A DNA stretch of 59,822 nt, counting the filler. It is 4 parts of 4 records of this genome, joined end to end, with 100 filler letters (N's around TTAATTAATTAA, not from the genome) between each part and the next. Parts side by side here need not be neighbours in the genome. Positions count along the whole stretch, not along the records: positions 34,683 to 42,140 come from SRR22947727_2304; positions 42,241 to 59,822 come from SRR22947727_2308; 2 more parts are not named here. One strand, written 5' to 3'. The notes below the pieces were generated by a model. It saw only the letters and a program-made list of their open reading frames with translations, was not told where the DNA came from and ran no database searches. A program made the translations under genes and the position numbers. How positions within the stretch are numbered: position 1 is the stretch's first letter; each line of letters opens with the position of its first letter. This document shows positions 36,447-47,871 of the stretch, in pieces.

Positions 36447-37802
36447 TCATTCAAAATATTTTTTAAAATATTCAATCAAGTCTTTTACATTAAGTCTTTT
36501 TTGCTCCATTGTATCACGATCTCTAACCGTAACAGTTTTATCTTCAAGAGATTCAAAATCAACAGTTATACACATAGGAGTTCCGATTTCATCATGACGT
36601 CGATAGCTTTTACCGATATTTCCAGAATTTTCTAGCATAACTCTACCTAAACCTAATTTCTGTAAGATGTTTTTAATATCTTTAGCATGATTAACTAAGT
36701 CTTCATTGTTTCTCTTAAGAGGAATAACTGCAGCTTTGATTGGCGCAAGGTGTGGTTTCAAGCTTAGTACAATTCTAATCTTACCATCAACCTCTTCTTC
36801 TCTATAGGCCTCATTAAGTAAAGCAAAAACTCCCCGTTCAACTCCAGCACTAGGTTCAATGCAGTATGGAATATACCATTTTTTTGTTTCTAAATCTTGA
36901 ACTGCTAGTTTTGTTGTGGAATCCTTATTTTCCATGACTTCAGCAGATATTTCAAAGTCAGATTGATTCTTAGTGTGTGAGCCTAAGTCAAAATCTTGGC
37001 GATTGGCAATACCTTCCAGTTCCTCAAAACCATGGGGAAATTTATATAGCAGATCTGTAGTAGCTTTAGAATAATGTGAAAGATCATTGCTTGGGGCCTC
37101 AAGAATTTCTAAATTTTCTTTTTTAATTCCTTGTTCAATCCACCAGTCAATCCTAGCTTGAACCCAATACTTAAACCAATCTTCATCAGTTCCAGGTTTT
37201 ACAAAAAACTCAAGTTCCATTTGTTCAAATTCTCGAACTCGAAAAATAAATTTTCCTGGTGTAATCTCATTACGAAAACTTTTGCCCATTTGACCAATTC
37301 CAAAAGGAACAGATCTACTTGTTGAATCTAAAACATTCTTAAAATTAGTAAAAATTTGCTGTGCAGTTTCAGGCCTTAAATAAACAAAAGATGACCCATC
37401 ATCAACAGGACCAATTGCCGTTTTAAACATTAGATTAAATGGTCTTGGCTCAGTAAGATTTTTTGAGCCACAGCTTGGGCACGCTTGGTCATTTAATTGA
37501 TCTTCACGCCATCTGCTCTTACAATCCTTACAATCAACGAGTGGATCTGTGAATGTATCTTCATGACCTGAATATTTTAATATATTTGGTGAAGTTAATA
37601 ATGATGCATCTAAACCTTCAACATCATCACGTTGCCAAACTATAGTCTTCCACCAAGCTTGTTTTAAATTATTTTTAAGCTCAACCCCCATAGGCCCGAA
37701 GGTGTATAAGCCTTTTTGACCACCATAAATTTCATCTGAATGGAAAATAAAACCACGTCGTTTACATAAAGCAACTAAATCGTCACTTTTTTCAACGGCC
37801 AT
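36447..37802 (-). CDS. glyQS: Glycine--tRNA ligase, alpha2 (single-subunit) type
   Basis: [28 protein letters not shown]...[30 protein letters not shown]. Start is ATG 37802 with GGAG SD. Confidence 0.94.
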   Translation of the reverse strand: MAVEKSDDLVALCKRRGFIFHSDEIYGGQKGLYTFGPMGVELKNNLKQAWWKTIVWQRDDVEGLDASLLTSPNILKYSGHEDTFTDPLVDCKDCKSRWREDQLNDQACPSCGSKNLTEPRPFNLMFKTAIGPVDDGSSFVYLRPETAQQIFTNFKNVLDSTSRSVPFGIGQMGKSFRNEITPGKFIFRVREFEQMELEFFVKPGTDEDWFKYWVQARIDWWIEQGIKKENLEILEAPSNDLSHYSKATTDLLYKFPHGFEELEGIANRQDFDLGSHTKNQSDFEISAEVMENKDSTTKLAVQDLETKKWYIPYCIEPSAGVERGVFALLNEAYREEEVDGKIRIVLSLKPHLAPIKAAVIPLKRNNEDLVNHAKDIKNILQKLGLGRVMLENSGNIGKSYRRHDEIGTPMCITVDFESLEDKTVTVRDRDTMEQKRLNVKDLIEYFKKYFE

Positions 37803-38613
37803 ACCGACTCCAGTGCGCTTCCTCGTAAAGAGTTTCAATTAAACTACTTACACCGTCTGCTGAATGAACTCTTGATGCAAATATTCCTTTTAGAAAAGAT
37901 TTTTTAGACTCAATAGTTTTAACTCGATAACTCTTACCATAATTATTATCTAAGTAAGTCGCTAAAGTTTCATTAGAATCGACTAAGCCTAGAGCTATAC
38001 CTTGCTCTCCTGTCCAAAATTCACCATTGCACACTTTATCTGCATCTATTTTTTCTTTTCTATTTTTAAGAACCAGAGCTTTAAAATTTTCAAAAATACT
38101 AACTTGAACTTTAATTAATTTTTCAACATCTTTATCCTGCACATCTACAAATGGATCAAGAAAAGATTTATTTTCACCAGCAGTAAAAATACGTCTTTTC
38201 ACACCTAATTTTTCAATTAAATCTTTAAAGCCAAAAGAGGCACTAATTACTCCAATGCTCCCTACAATTGAACTTTTATTTGCTAATAGTTCGTCCCCAG
38301 CACACATCAACATATAGCCTCCACTGGCAGCGACATCTTCAGCTATAGTTATAACTTTCACTTTATTTTTTTCAGCCAATAGCCTGATCTTATTGTAAAT
38401 AAGTTCTGACTGCACAGGTGATCCACCAGGAGAATTAATCTGAATAACTACAACTTTTGGTTTCTTGCTAGTAAAGGCTTTTTCTAAAATTGGAGTAGTA
38501 TTTTCTATAGTTAAGCCTTTACTAAATCGGCCCATATCTCCAATAACACCTCTTAAACTAACAACATTAATGTTGGTTTTTTTCTTAAATGGATTAAATC
38601 TACTTAAAGTCAT
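37792..38613 (-). CDS. S49 family peptidase (SppA-like)
   Basis: [37 protein letters not shown]. Confidence 0.9.
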   Translation of the reverse strand: MTLSRFNPFKKKTNINVVSLRGVIGDMGRFSKGLTIENTTPILEKAFTSKKPKVVVIQINSPGGSPVQSELIYNKIRLLAEKNKVKVITIAEDVAASGGYMLMCAGDELLANKSSIVGSIGVISASFGFKDLIEKLGVKRRIFTAGENKSFLDPFVDVQDKDVEKLIKVQVSIFENFKALVLKNRKEKIDADKVCNGEFWTGEQGIALGLVDSNETLATYLDNNYGKSYRVKTIESKKSFLKGIFASRVHSADGVSSLIETLYEEAHWSRYGR

Positions 38614-38681
38614 ATTTTTAAAGAGCTATTTCCAAAAAATTAATATTTTTTATAGGATCTATATTATAACTAATTTGCATT

Positions 38682-39692
38682 ATGAAAGAAACATATAAAA
38701 AGTCTCAAATACAGATAAATCCGATTGATAATCTTGCCATTCATTTGTCCTCAGCTGTCAAGAGACTAGATAATGAAATTAAGAAAAATATTCAAGATAA
38801 GGAGGTTATTGTAACTAATATTTCTTCGCATCTTATCATGGGTAAGAGTAAAAAAATTAGACCTTTACTAACGCTACTTTTTGCAAAAATTCTTAAATAT
38901 AAAGGCAATGCACATTTTAATTTAGCAGTTTGTATCGAATTTATCCATAACGCAACTTTGTTACATGATGATGTAGTTGATTATGCAGAAATTAGGCGTG
39001 GTAAAAAAACTGCTAACTTAATCTGGGGTAATAAATTAAGTATCTTAGTTGGCGACTACTTACTAAGTAAATCTTTTAAGCTAATGGTAAAAGATAAATC
39101 TATAAGGGTTTTAGAAATTTTATCTAATACCTCATTGATTCTAGCTCGAGGACAGATTCAAGATGCTAATAATATATCTAATGCACATTTATCAGAAAAA
39201 GATTACTTAGAGTTAATTTTCGCAAAGACTGCTGAACTCTTTAGTGTGTCTTGTTACTTACCAGCAGTATTAACTAATAAGAGTTTAAAGATACAAAATG
39301 AATTAAAAGAATTTGGTAAAAATTTTGGGATGGCTTTCCAGCTATCTGATGATTATTTAGATTATTTTGGAGACTCAAAAAAAATGGGTAAAAATATTGG
39401 TAAAGATTTTTTAGAAGGCAAGATTACTTATCCATTAATTCATTGTATTAAAAATTCTTCAAAAGCTAATCAAGCCTACTTAAATAAAATCTTAAAAAAG
39501 AAAAAACGAAATAAAGTAGAATTTTTAAAAGTACAAAAAATTATGGAATTATCTAATACTAAATTAGAATCTATAAAATTCACCAATAAATACCTAAAAA
39601 AAGCTCAGAATAGTATTAAAAGATTTGAGAGAGATTCAGATAAGGTGTATCTTGATAATCTAATTAACTATTTATTAATAAGAGATCATTAA
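38682..39692 (+). CDS. ispB: Long-chain polyprenyl diphosphate synthase
   Basis: [44 protein letters not shown]. Confidence 0.88.
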   Translation: MKETYKKSQIQINPIDNLAIHLSSAVKRLDNEIKKNIQDKEVIVTNISSHLIMGKSKKIRPLLTLLFAKILKYKGNAHFNLAVCIEFIHNATLLHDDVVDYAEIRRGKKTANLIWGNKLSILVGDYLLSKSFKLMVKDKSIRVLEILSNTSLILARGQIQDANNISNAHLSEKDYLELIFAKTAELFSVSCYLPAVLTNKSLKIQNELKEFGKNFGMAFQLSDDYLDYFGDSKKMGKNIGKDFLEGKITYPLIHCIKNSSKANQAYLNKILKKKKRNKVEFLKVQKIMELSNTKLESIKFTNKYLKKAQNSIKRFERDSDKVYLDNLINYLLIRDH

Positions 39693-40774
39693 TGTCACAT
39701 AATTCTTTTGGTAAGCTTTTTAAAGTTACAACATGGGGGGAGAGCCATGGCACCGCTATTGGATGTGTAATTGATGGCTGTCCTCCGATGATAAGTCTTA
39801 CTGAAAAAGATATTCAAAAATATTTAGATTTGCGCAAACCAGGAACTTCAAAATTTGTAACCCAGCGCAAAGAAGATGATAAAGTTGAAATACTATCTGG
39901 TGTATTCAAGGGTAAGACAACAGGAACTCCAATTTCCCTAATTATTTATAATAAAGATCAGCGCTCAAAAGATTATGGTGATATTAAAAGTAAGTTTAGA
40001 CCAGGGCATGCTGATCTAACTTATTTTTTAAAATATGGGATTCGTGATTACCGTGGTGGTGGCAGATCATCTGCTCGTGAAACTGCAAGCCGAGTTGCTG
40101 CAGGTGCTGTTGCACGTAAAGTAATAAGACATATTCTTAAAAAAGATATAAAAATTAGAGGTGCAGTTACTCAAGTAGGAGCTTTAAGTATTAATCCAGG
40201 AAATTTTAATTGGACTTCAGTTGGTTCTAATTCATTTTTTTGTCCTGATAAGAAAATAGTTTCTGTGTGGGAAGAATATTTAGGACTTATAAGAAAAAAA
40301 GGTTTGTCTGTCGGTGCAACAATTCGAGTAAATGCCTCAGGCCTACCAGCTGGTATTGGAGAACCAATATATGGTAAGCTTGATACTGAACTTGCTGCAG
40401 CAATGATGAGCATTAATGCCGTCAAAGGAGTTGAAATTGGTCTTGGGATGGAGGCTGCAAGTATTACTGGTGATGAAAATTCTGATGAAATAAGAACTAA
40501 GGGTAAAAAGATTATATTTTCTTCAAATAATGCTGGTGGTATTTTAGGGGGCATTTCTACAAGTCAAGATATAGATGTTTCACTTTCTGTTAAGCCTACT
40601 TCTTCAATATTAAAGCCGCAAAAAACTATTAATGAAAAGTTAAAAAATACTACCATTTCAACAAAAGGACGTCATGATCCTTGTGTTGGATTGAGAGCAG
40701 TTCCTATCGCTGAAGCAATGATGGCCTTGGTCCTTGCCGATCAACTAATGCGCAATCGCGCTCAGTGTGGTTAA
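39692..40774 (+). CDS. aroC: Chorismate synthase
   Basis: [29 protein letters not shown]; alphaproteobacterial-type MSHNSFG N-terminus. Confidence 0.97.
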   Translation: MSHNSFGKLFKVTTWGESHGTAIGCVIDGCPPMISLTEKDIQKYLDLRKPGTSKFVTQRKEDDKVEILSGVFKGKTTGTPISLIIYNKDQRSKDYGDIKSKFRPGHADLTYFLKYGIRDYRGGGRSSARETASRVAAGAVARKVIRHILKKDIKIRGAVTQVGALSINPGNFNWTSVGSNSFFCPDKKIVSVWEEYLGLIRKKGLSVGATIRVNASGLPAGIGEPIYGKLDTELAAAMMSINAVKGVEIGLGMEAASITGDENSDEIRTKGKKIIFSSNNAGGILGGISTSQDIDVSLSVKPTSSILKPQKTINEKLKNTTISTKGRHDPCVGLRAVPIAEAMMALVLADQLMRNRAQCG

Positions 40775-41589
40775 ACTTTTAAAATCATTAAATAATTTAA
40801 TAGATTATTAACTGATGAATTTTTTATATTAGCTTCTTTAAGTAACTTTAGTGTTTGTGCATACAGTATATCTCTATACTTTTCTAAGTATCTTTTTTCT
40901 TTAGTCGACATTTTTGGTTCATCGTTAAAATCATCACTAATTTGAAAGATTTCTCCAATATTCAATCCTATCTTTTTCAGAAGATTTATTTTTTTATTAC
41001 TTAGCTTTGCTGCTATTCCAACAGATTCTGTACAATACGACATGAGCTTGCCAGTTTTTAATTTGTTAATATTAATACGTTCACTATAAGTATTTTTCTT
41101 ATTTGATAAATCTTCAAACTGACCTTGAAGCAAACCACCTTCACCAGAAATTTTAGTTAAGGCTAAAATTAATTCTGTTTTTATCTTGCTATCTAATTTT
41201 AGCTTTGAACTAGATAACATTTTGTAAGAGAGTGTTAATAAACCACATCCCGCAAGAATTGCTGTATATTCATTATACTTATAATGAGTTGTTTTTTTCC
41301 CACGCCTATACTTATCATTATCCATTGCTGGAAGATCATCATGTACTAATGAATAATTATGTAACATTTCCACTGCAATACCTATCTTAATAGAATTACT
41401 AGGACTAACTTTTAAAACCTTGGCAAAAGTGTAAATAAGAAAAGGACGAAATCTTTTTCCTCCAGCTAAAATAGAATAGCTAATTGACTTATTTAAGGTA
41501 TTAGTGCTTTTAGGTAAAAATTTTTTTAAATCTGAATTAAATTTTTTTGTAAATTTATTTAACTCAATAGTAGTTTGAGTATTAGACAT
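40771..41589 (-). CDS. ispA: Farnesyl diphosphate synthase (short)
   Basis: [30 protein letters not shown]; follows xseB. Confidence 0.88.
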   Translation of the reverse strand: MSNTQTTIELNKFTKKFNSDLKKFLPKSTNTLNKSISYSILAGGKRFRPFLIYTFAKVLKVSPSNSIKIGIAVEMLHNYSLVHDDLPAMDNDKYRRGKKTTHYKYNEYTAILAGCGLLTLSYKMLSSSKLKLDSKIKTELILALTKISGEGGLLQGQFEDLSNKKNTYSERININKLKTGKLMSYCTESVGIAAKLSNKKINLLKKIGLNIGEIFQISDDFNDEPKMSTKEKRYLEKYRDILYAQTLKLLKEANIKNSSVNNLLNYLMILKV

Positions 41590-41828
41590 TATTCAATTTC
41601 TTTTTTTGAAACCTTACCGTCTGAAGATACTTTGATTTCTTCAAGCTTTAAAACTGCATCATTTAACTTTTGCTGACAATGCGCTTTTAAATGCGAACCT
41701 CTAGTATAAAATTCAATAGATTTTTCAAGGTCTATTGATCCATTTTCAAGGTTATCAACTATTTCTTCAAGCTCAGCTAATGCTTTTTCAAATGAAAGTT
41801 TTATAATATCGCTTGGAATATCACTCAT
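41589..41828 (-). CDS. xseB: Exodeoxyribonuclease VII small subunit
   Basis: LSFEKALAELEEIV..LE.G...LEKSI..Y.RG. Confidence 0.94.
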   Translation of the reverse strand: MSDIPSDIIKLSFEKALAELEEIVDNLENGSIDLEKSIEFYTRGSHLKAHCQQKLNDAVLKLEEIKVSSDGKVSKKEIE

Positions 41829-41831
41829 AAA

Positions 41832-42140
41832 TTATAAATATTTTTTTAATTCGTTTCTAGCAATTGTTAATCTATGAACTTCATCTGGACCATCAGCTAA
41901 TCTTAAAGTTCTCATCCCAGCATAAGCTTGAGCTAATCTAGGATCAGTTGTTACTCCCGCACCTCCATAAGCTTGAATAGCATCATCAATTATTTTTAAT
42001 GCCATTATTGGCGCAGCAACTTTAATCATTGCTATTTCATTTTTAGCAACTTTATTGCCTACATCATCCATCATTTTGGCGGCTTTCAAAGTTAGCAGCC
42101 TAGTCATTTCTATATTAATTCTTGCATCAGCAATTCTTTC
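41832..42140 (-). CDS. Acyl-CoA dehydrogenase, C-terminal part (5'-truncated)
   Basis: [28 protein letters not shown]. Confidence 0.88.
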   Translation of the reverse strand, partial: ERIADARINIEMTRLLTLKAAKMMDDVGNKVAKNEIAMIKVAAPIMALKIIDDAIQAYGGAGVTTDPRLAQAYAGMRTLRLADGPDEVHRLTIARNELKKYL

Positions 42141-42240
42141 NNNNNNNNNNNNNNNNNNNNNNNNNNNNNNNNNNNNNNNNNNNNTTAATTAATTAANNNN
42201 NNNNNNNNNNNNNNNNNNNNNNNNNNNNNNNNNNNNNNNN
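42141..42240. other. Artificial contig-joining spacer
   Basis: N44-TTAATTAATTAA-N44. Confidence 0.97.
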
Positions 42241-42336
42241 GTTTGCAATATCATCTAAAAGCTTTTCTGATTGTGAAAGTTCTTCATCAGCATTTTCTTT
42301 TGTTCTTGAGTCTTCATCAAAAGTATTATTTTTCAT
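42241..42336 (-). CDS. 5' end of an unidentified gene (runs off contig)
   Basis: MKNNTFDEDSRTKENADEELSQSEKLLDDIAN..., divergent from 42389. Confidence 0.35.
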
Positions 42337-42388
42337 ACAAATTTTGTTTTTAATTATTACCATATATTTTAGTTGTTAAAGGAGCGAG

Positions 42389-43000
42389 ATGGAATTTGAA
42401 TTAAATAAAAATAACACAGGGTTACTTGTCATAGACATGCAAAATGGGTTTTGTCATGATGATGGTTCTTTTGGTGGAGCTATGGGACTAGATATTAGTC
42501 CTTTGAAAGAATCTATAGATGGATGTGTCTCGTTGTTAAACGAAGCAAGACAAAAAGATTATCCAATTGCCTTCACTCGCTATATTTACAAAGAAGATTA
42601 TTCAGATGGTGGTGTGTTAGTAAAAGATTTGATGCCAGGCTTAGCAGAAGTGAACTCTCTAAAAGAAGGTACTTGGGACATTGAAATAATTGATGAACTT
42701 ACACCTAGTGAAAATGAAACTGTGATAAATAAAAATCGACCTAGTGCTTATTACAACACCAGCCTAAGTGATTGGTTAGAAGAAAATAATCTACAACAAG
42801 TAATTATTTGTGGCGTGACAACTAGCATTTGTGTAGAAACTACTACTCGTGATTTAAGCCAGGAAGACTACAGAGTAATAATTGCTTCAGATGCCGTTAA
42901 TGAGCTAGAAGCTGATAGACATGAAGTTGCATTGAAAACTTTGGCTTTTGGTTTTGCGTGGGTAGAAGAGAGTGGTCAAATAATTCAAAAAATGGGTTAA
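42389..43000 (+). CDS. Isochorismatase-family cysteine hydrolase (RutB-like)
   Basis: LLVIDMQNGF, KNRPSAY, GVTTSICVETT (Asp-Lys-Cys triad). Confidence 0.88.
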   Translation: MEFELNKNNTGLLVIDMQNGFCHDDGSFGGAMGLDISPLKESIDGCVSLLNEARQKDYPIAFTRYIYKEDYSDGGVLVKDLMPGLAEVNSLKEGTWDIEIIDELTPSENETVINKNRPSAYYNTSLSDWLEENNLQQVIICGVTTSICVETTTRDLSQEDYRVIIASDAVNELEADRHEVALKTLAFGFAWVEESGQIIQKMG

Positions 43001-43470
43001 ATTTCAAATTGTTGTTGTATGTTAACTTCAAAAAATTGATTGTCCATAAATAAAACTTTATTCTTATATTTACTGTAAAGTTTTTTAATAATTAAATTTT
43101 CCATTTCGCTGAAAGTCACAAGAAATGCGTTTATTCTTCTTTCGTTTAACTCATAAATATCTTGAGAAGCTTTGTAGGTACAAGTTGCACAGTCTCCGAC
43201 AATTAGAAAAATGGTCTTATTTTTATATTTTTTTTCTGAGTACCACTCAATCGTATTTCTTTTCATGACTTGTGAGACAAATTGAAGGCTTATATCAATT
43301 TCCACATCAAAATTTTCTAAGATATTTATTAAAGTTTTAGGACTATCTGTCTGAGGATTCAGCATTGAATTTATTATTAATACTTCCTTACTGATCGTTA
43401 AATTGTGTTTGATTCTTCCTACGACTTCAACTTGATCATAATTAACTGGTCTAATCTGTAAAATTTTCAT
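42997..43470 (-). CDS. UGSC-like CxxC redox protein (divergent)
   Basis: VGDCATCT...D...L...I motif resembling G-x-(U/C)GSC; coupled to the upstream partner gene. Confidence 0.55.
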   Translation of the reverse strand: MKILQIRPVNYDQVEVVGRIKHNLTISKEVLIINSMLNPQTDSPKTLINILENFDVEIDISLQFVSQVMKRNTIEWYSEKKYKNKTIFLIVGDCATCTYKASQDIYELNERRINAFLVTFSEMENLIIKKLYSKYKNKVLFMDNQFFEVNIQQQFEI

Positions 43471-44453
43471 GATTCAAGACCCTCCGTTAGGCTAATCCCT
43501 GAACCAAAGCAAACCATAGAATATCCTCCTGGATAACCGCCACTGACAACAATGTTGAGATTCTCAATTGATTTAAATAGATTTATTTTATCTTTTTTTA
43601 CTTCGCCAATAAATCCATATAAACCCCTATTTTGTAAATCTCCTCTTTCAAAAGTTGTATTAGTGTATAAATACTCCTTTAATTCAGATAATTTCATTCC
43701 AGAATTGTCAATTCTTTGAGCATGCTCTGGTGACATAATAATCCAGACGTCCTGATTGTAAAATGAATTGTATGTCCATGGATTTAATAGAGTGTGAACT
43801 AAACCATCAAGTAAACTCTCAACGCTTTTATTACCTAGGTCCACAACTTCATGAGGAGATTGTGATGAAAAAATAGTAACTGTTGATTCATCTTTTTTAA
43901 AGCCATTTCTCACGTGGTACTCATCCCATGGTGATAGCTTTTTGTTTTCAGAAAAGCAAAAACTAATTTTACCTAGATGACCATGAGTAGATGCATCGAG
44001 ACTTTCTGGAGTACCATAACAAATATTTCTAATAAATAAATAGGCAGCACGCCCTATAGCAATTGATTGCTTACTTCCTGGACCAATCGACCCCCTACCT
44101 CCATTGATATCCAAAATATCTGCAACTTTTCCTGAAATAAGAATAAGCGGTGATTGACTATGTATAGTTGTTACAACAGTTTCTAGATTAAATTTGGGAT
44201 TAATAAGAATATCGATACATTTCTTAACTACACCCCAGCATTCTGGGGTGCAACCAGCTAAAACAGCATTAGAAGCTAATTGATAATAATTAAATTCAAT
44301 ATTTAAGCTTTTTATGTATCCGTAATTATCGTCTCTTTTAGACCAGTCTTCTCCAAGCATTTTTTTTACTCGTCTGTAGGTTGGAGACACTAATGGTAAT
44401 CCTTCACCCCATTCAGAAGGGGTACTTTTAAGCCAGTAAAACCTACTCTTCAT
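43467..44453 (-). CDS. UGSC-associated 'GLPxxPPT' uncharacterised protein
   Basis: WGEGLPLVSPT..RV..ML, NAVLAGC.PE, IGRA, SPWDEYHV..G, SPEHA, VVSGG.PG. Likely start is ATG 44453. Confidence 0.65.
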   Translation of the reverse strand: MKSRFYWLKSTPSEWGEGLPLVSPTYRRVKKMLGEDWSKRDDNYGYIKSLNIEFNYYQLASNAVLAGCTPECWGVVKKCIDILINPKFNLETVVTTIHSQSPLILISGKVADILDINGGRGSIGPGSKQSIAIGRAAYLFIRNICYGTPESLDASTHGHLGKISFCFSENKKLSPWDEYHVRNGFKKDESTVTIFSSQSPHEVVDLGNKSVESLLDGLVHTLLNPWTYNSFYNQDVWIIMSPEHAQRIDNSGMKLSELKEYLYTNTTFERGDLQNRGLYGFIGEVKKDKINLFKSIENLNIVVSGGYPGGYSMVCFGSGISLTEGLES

Positions 44454-45201
44454 TCGATAATTCATTGAGTAGCTCTTCCTCCAATGAGAAGCTATCTTGT
44501 AAAGATAACTCATTAAATTTATCTACATTTTGAATAATCATTTCTGTTGAATTAGTTTCGCTATTTGAAATTTTATCTAGGTAGCTAGTTAAAACACCTA
44601 TCAAGTCTTTTCTTGAACAAACTTCGTTAACTAGACCATCGTTTAAAAGCTTGTAGACGTCAAGTTCAGAAGAGTTAATGAGGATCTCTAAAGCTCTAGA
44701 TCTTGTTGTGGCCTTAATGATTCGAGACATACCTCCACCAGCAGGTATTAAACCTAGTTTAGTTTCAGGAAAACCAATTTTTGAATCTGAAGATATTATT
44801 CGAAAGTCACAACTCAAAAGTAGTTCGAATCCACCAGCTAGACAATGTCCACTTGAGACTCCTATTATCGGTTTCTTGTATATTTGATTTTTTCTATAGA
44901 ATTTTTTTAGCAAATTTTCTTCTATGACTTTTCTCTCAATCTCACTTTCGGGCTTTTTCTTTCTTGTGAGTAGTGGTATTAGTTTTTCTAAATCTGCACC
45001 AGCTGAAAAAAATTCTTCACTTTTACTTTTTAAGACACCAACTTTAATATGGCTCTCATTCTCTATATAGTCCCAAATATTGCACAGTTCATATATAAAC
45101 TCAGGATTGAAAGCATTTCTCTTATCAAGCCTGTTCATTTCGACTAAGAGAACACCTTTTCCATATATTGTCTCAAAATATTTATAATTTTCAGAATCCA
45201 T
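44443..45201 (-). CDS. Enoyl-CoA hydratase/isomerase family protein
   Basis: FSAGADL, GHCLAGGFEL, FPETKLGLIP. Confidence 0.9.
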   Translation of the reverse strand: MDSENYKYFETIYGKGVLLVEMNRLDKRNAFNPEFIYELCNIWDYIENESHIKVGVLKSKSEEFFSAGADLEKLIPLLTRKKKPESEIERKVIEENLLKKFYRKNQIYKKPIIGVSSGHCLAGGFELLLSCDFRIISSDSKIGFPETKLGLIPAGGGMSRIIKATTRSRALEILINSSELDVYKLLNDGLVNEVCSRKDLIGVLTSYLDKISNSETNSTEMIIQNVDKFNELSLQDSFSLEEELLNELSNEE

Positions 45202-45252
45202 TGTGCAAACCTTTCATGTTTCAGACTACAATAATTAGAGCTAGGAGTAAAT

Positions 45253-46266
45253 TTGTTAAAAATTATATTTAAAAAGTTGATTTTTATTCCAATCGCATCA
45301 TTTTTTGTCAGTAGTTTGGCCTTTGTCGTAGTTAACTTGACACCTGGTGATCCAGTTGAAGTAATTGCTGGGGGAATTGCTTCAGAAGAGACTAAACAAG
45401 CAATTAGGGTTGAGCTAGGTTTAGATCAGAATATTTATGAACGCTACCTTGACTATCTTGGTGACTTATCTCAAGGAGATCTTGGAACATCTTTTTATAC
45501 AAAAGTGCCAGTTATTGACAGTATCAATCAATATTTATTTGATACTTTTGAACTTATTATTATTTCCCTAATAATTGCTCTATTTTTAGGATTCATCATC
45601 GGGGGTATTGGTGCCTACTTTAGAGGGAAAGCACTTGATAGGTTTACTAATTTTCTATTGTCAATTATTCAATCAGTACCAGATTTCTTTTTAGGTCTTT
45701 TGTTAATTTATTTCCTTTTTTACAAATTACAAATTGTTCCTGCTCCTATTGGGAGGATAGGCCTTACTGATGTACCCCCAGATCAAATTACAGGTGGCCT
45801 CTTAATTGACTCTGCACTTTCAGGAAATTGGGAAACTTTTAGAGTTGGGCTAAAGCATGCTATCTTGCCATCAATAACTCTTGGAATATTTTATTCATCT
45901 TATTTTGGCAGAACTGCAAGAAATGTTCTTGGTAACTCTCTTAACTCTAAACAGGTTGAATTTGCTAAATCACTAGGATTATCCAAATTTAGAATTTTTA
46001 TATACGCATTAGTTGATGCAAGGACACCAATTATTACATATATAGCAATTTTATTTGCAGGATTATTTGGAGCATGTGCAATAATCGAAACTGTTTTTGC
46101 TTGGAATGGTATCGGATCGTGGGCAATAGAAAAAATTTTAATGTTAGATATTCCAGCTATACAAGGGTTTATATTGTTTGCAGGACTAATTACTCTCTTT
46201 ACTTATACATTTCTAGATATATTAATAACCTATCTGGATCCAAGGATAAGAAAGAAAACCTTATAA
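45253..46266 (+). CDS. Peptide/nickel-type ABC permease (DppB-like)
   Basis: PGDPV, GDLGTS, PDFFLG, IETVFAWNGIG, LDPRI; TTG start with AGGAG SD. Confidence 0.9.
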   Translation: MLKIIFKKLIFIPIASFFVSSLAFVVVNLTPGDPVEVIAGGIASEETKQAIRVELGLDQNIYERYLDYLGDLSQGDLGTSFYTKVPVIDSINQYLFDTFELIIISLIIALFLGFIIGGIGAYFRGKALDRFTNFLLSIIQSVPDFFLGLLLIYFLFYKLQIVPAPIGRIGLTDVPPDQITGGLLIDSALSGNWETFRVGLKHAILPSITLGIFYSSYFGRTARNVLGNSLNSKQVEFAKSLGLSKFRIFIYALVDARTPIITYIAILFAGLFGACAIIETVFAWNGIGSWAIEKILMLDIPAIQGFILFAGLITLFTYTFLDILITYLDPRIRKKTL

Positions 46267-47081
46267 TGAAACTTGTAAAAAAAATTAACAAGCAAAATCT
46301 ACCCGTAATCCTTTCTTTTATTGTTCTATTTAATTTTTCCTTTGGAGCCTTTTTATATAATTTTACGCATGATCCATACGCAACGAATATCATAGAACGT
46401 TTAAGCACTCCGGGGGGAGCATATCTTTTCGGAACTGATGAAGTGGGGTTTGATATTTTCAGCAGAACAATCATAGCTGGAAAGATAGATTTATTTATTT
46501 CTCTGTCTGGAACTTTTGCAGCTTTAATTATTGGCTTACCTCTTGGACTGATGGCAAGTGATAAAACGAAAAATGCAGATAGAATTATGAAAGTTTTAGA
46601 TATGTTCCAAGCTTTTCCTTTGCTTGTATTGGCGATAGTTATAGTTGCAATGTGGGGAAATAATATAAGAAATGTAATCTTTGCTATTATTTTGATCAAT
46701 GTTCCTAGATTTACTCGACTTATAAGAAGTGAAGCTTTAACAGTAAGAGAATCTCGTTTTATCGAAGTAGCAACAGCAATGGGTGCAAGCAAAACCAGAA
46801 TCATTTCTAAACATCTTTTGCCAAATATCTTAGGTACTTTACTCGCACAAGCTTCAATAACAACCGCTCATTCTATAGTTGTCGTTGCGGCACTTAGCTT
46901 TATTGGTATAGGAGTTGTTCCTCCAGAAGCAAGTTGGGGCTCAATGATTAGAGCTGGGTCTCAATACATGATAACTGGTCAATGGTGGATGTCTCTATTT
47001 CCAGGATTAGCAATATTCTTAAGCGTTCTTAGCTTTAATACGATTTCACAATATATATTGAGAAAATATGAACAAATTTGA
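46266..47081 (+). CDS. Peptide/nickel-type ABC permease (DppC-like)
   Basis: FGTDEVGFDIFSR, HLLPN, LSFIGIG, SWGSMI. Start is ATG 46266, overlapping the previous stop (TAATG). Confidence 0.9.
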   Translation: MKLVKKINKQNLPVILSFIVLFNFSFGAFLYNFTHDPYATNIIERLSTPGGAYLFGTDEVGFDIFSRTIIAGKIDLFISLSGTFAALIIGLPLGLMASDKTKNADRIMKVLDMFQAFPLLVLAIVIVAMWGNNIRNVIFAIILINVPRFTRLIRSEALTVRESRFIEVATAMGASKTRIISKHLLPNILGTLLAQASITTAHSIVVVAALSFIGIGVVPPEASWGSMIRAGSQYMITGQWWMSLFPGLAIFLSVLSFNTISQYILRKYEQI

Positions 47082-47871
47082 TAAAGAAGTAATTTTAGAT
47101 ATAAGAGATTTGTCCGTAAATTACAATTCCAGTGGGAATAAAATTTCAGCAGTAAAGAAAGTTTCTCTTTCTCTTGAGAAAAATAAGATGCTGGGAATTA
47201 TTGGAGAAACTGGATCAGGGAAATCGTCGCTAATAAGAGCGGTGAACGGTCTAATAAAACATCCAGGGACTACTTCTTTTGATAAACTTGAAATATTATC
47301 AAAAATAGGTTCGAACAATAATTTTGATTTCTCTGAAATGAGGGGTAGCGAAATTGGATTTATTCCACAGAATCCATTCGGATCACTAAATCCTGTATAC
47401 AAAATAAAAAAACAATTTAATTTTGTAAATAAAAGACATCAATTATTTGGTAAAAAAGAAATGGGGAGTGAGATAATTAGATCTCTTGCTGAAGTTGGAA
47501 TAGCTGATCCAGAAAGAGTTTCAAATTCTTACTCATTTGAGCTTAGTGGTGGAATGGCTCAAAGAGTTGTTATCGCTCTATCCTGCTTTGCCAAGCCTAA
47601 ACTCCTTTTTGCAGACGAACCAACCACTGGTCTTGATGTAACCGTGGAAAGACAATTGTTAGATAATTTTTTTACCCTTGTGAACAATAACGATATGACT
47701 TTAATTATTGTGACACACGATCTGGGTATTGTGGCACAATACTGTGATGAAGCAGTAGTTATGTTTAAAGGATCAATAGTAGAAAGAGGATCTGTTGAAG
47801 AAATATTTTTAAACCCCCAAGATGACTATACAAAGAAATTAATAGAGGCATCAAGTGAAGAAATTAGTTGA
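47068..47871 (+). CDS. ABC ATPase (DppD-like)
   Basis: GETGSGKS, LSGGMAQRV, ADEPTTGLDV. Confidence 0.92.
   Translation: MNKFDKEVILDIRDLSVNYNSSGNKISAVKKVSLSLEKNKMLGIIGETGSGKSSLIRAVNGLIKHPGTTSFDKLEILSKIGSNNNFDFSEMRGSEIGFIPQNPFGSLNPVYKIKKQFNFVNKRHQLFGKKEMGSEIIRSLAEVGIADPERVSNSYSFELSGGMAQRVVIALSCFAKPKLLFADEPTTGLDVTVERQLLDNFFTLVNNNDMTLIIVTHDLGIVAQYCDEAVVMFKGSIVERGSVEEIFLNPQDDYTKKLIEASSEEIS

Noticed and set aside
42997-43470. Selenoprotein recoding in the UGSC-like gene
   Set aside because: Both motif positions are TGT (Cys); no in-frame TGA.
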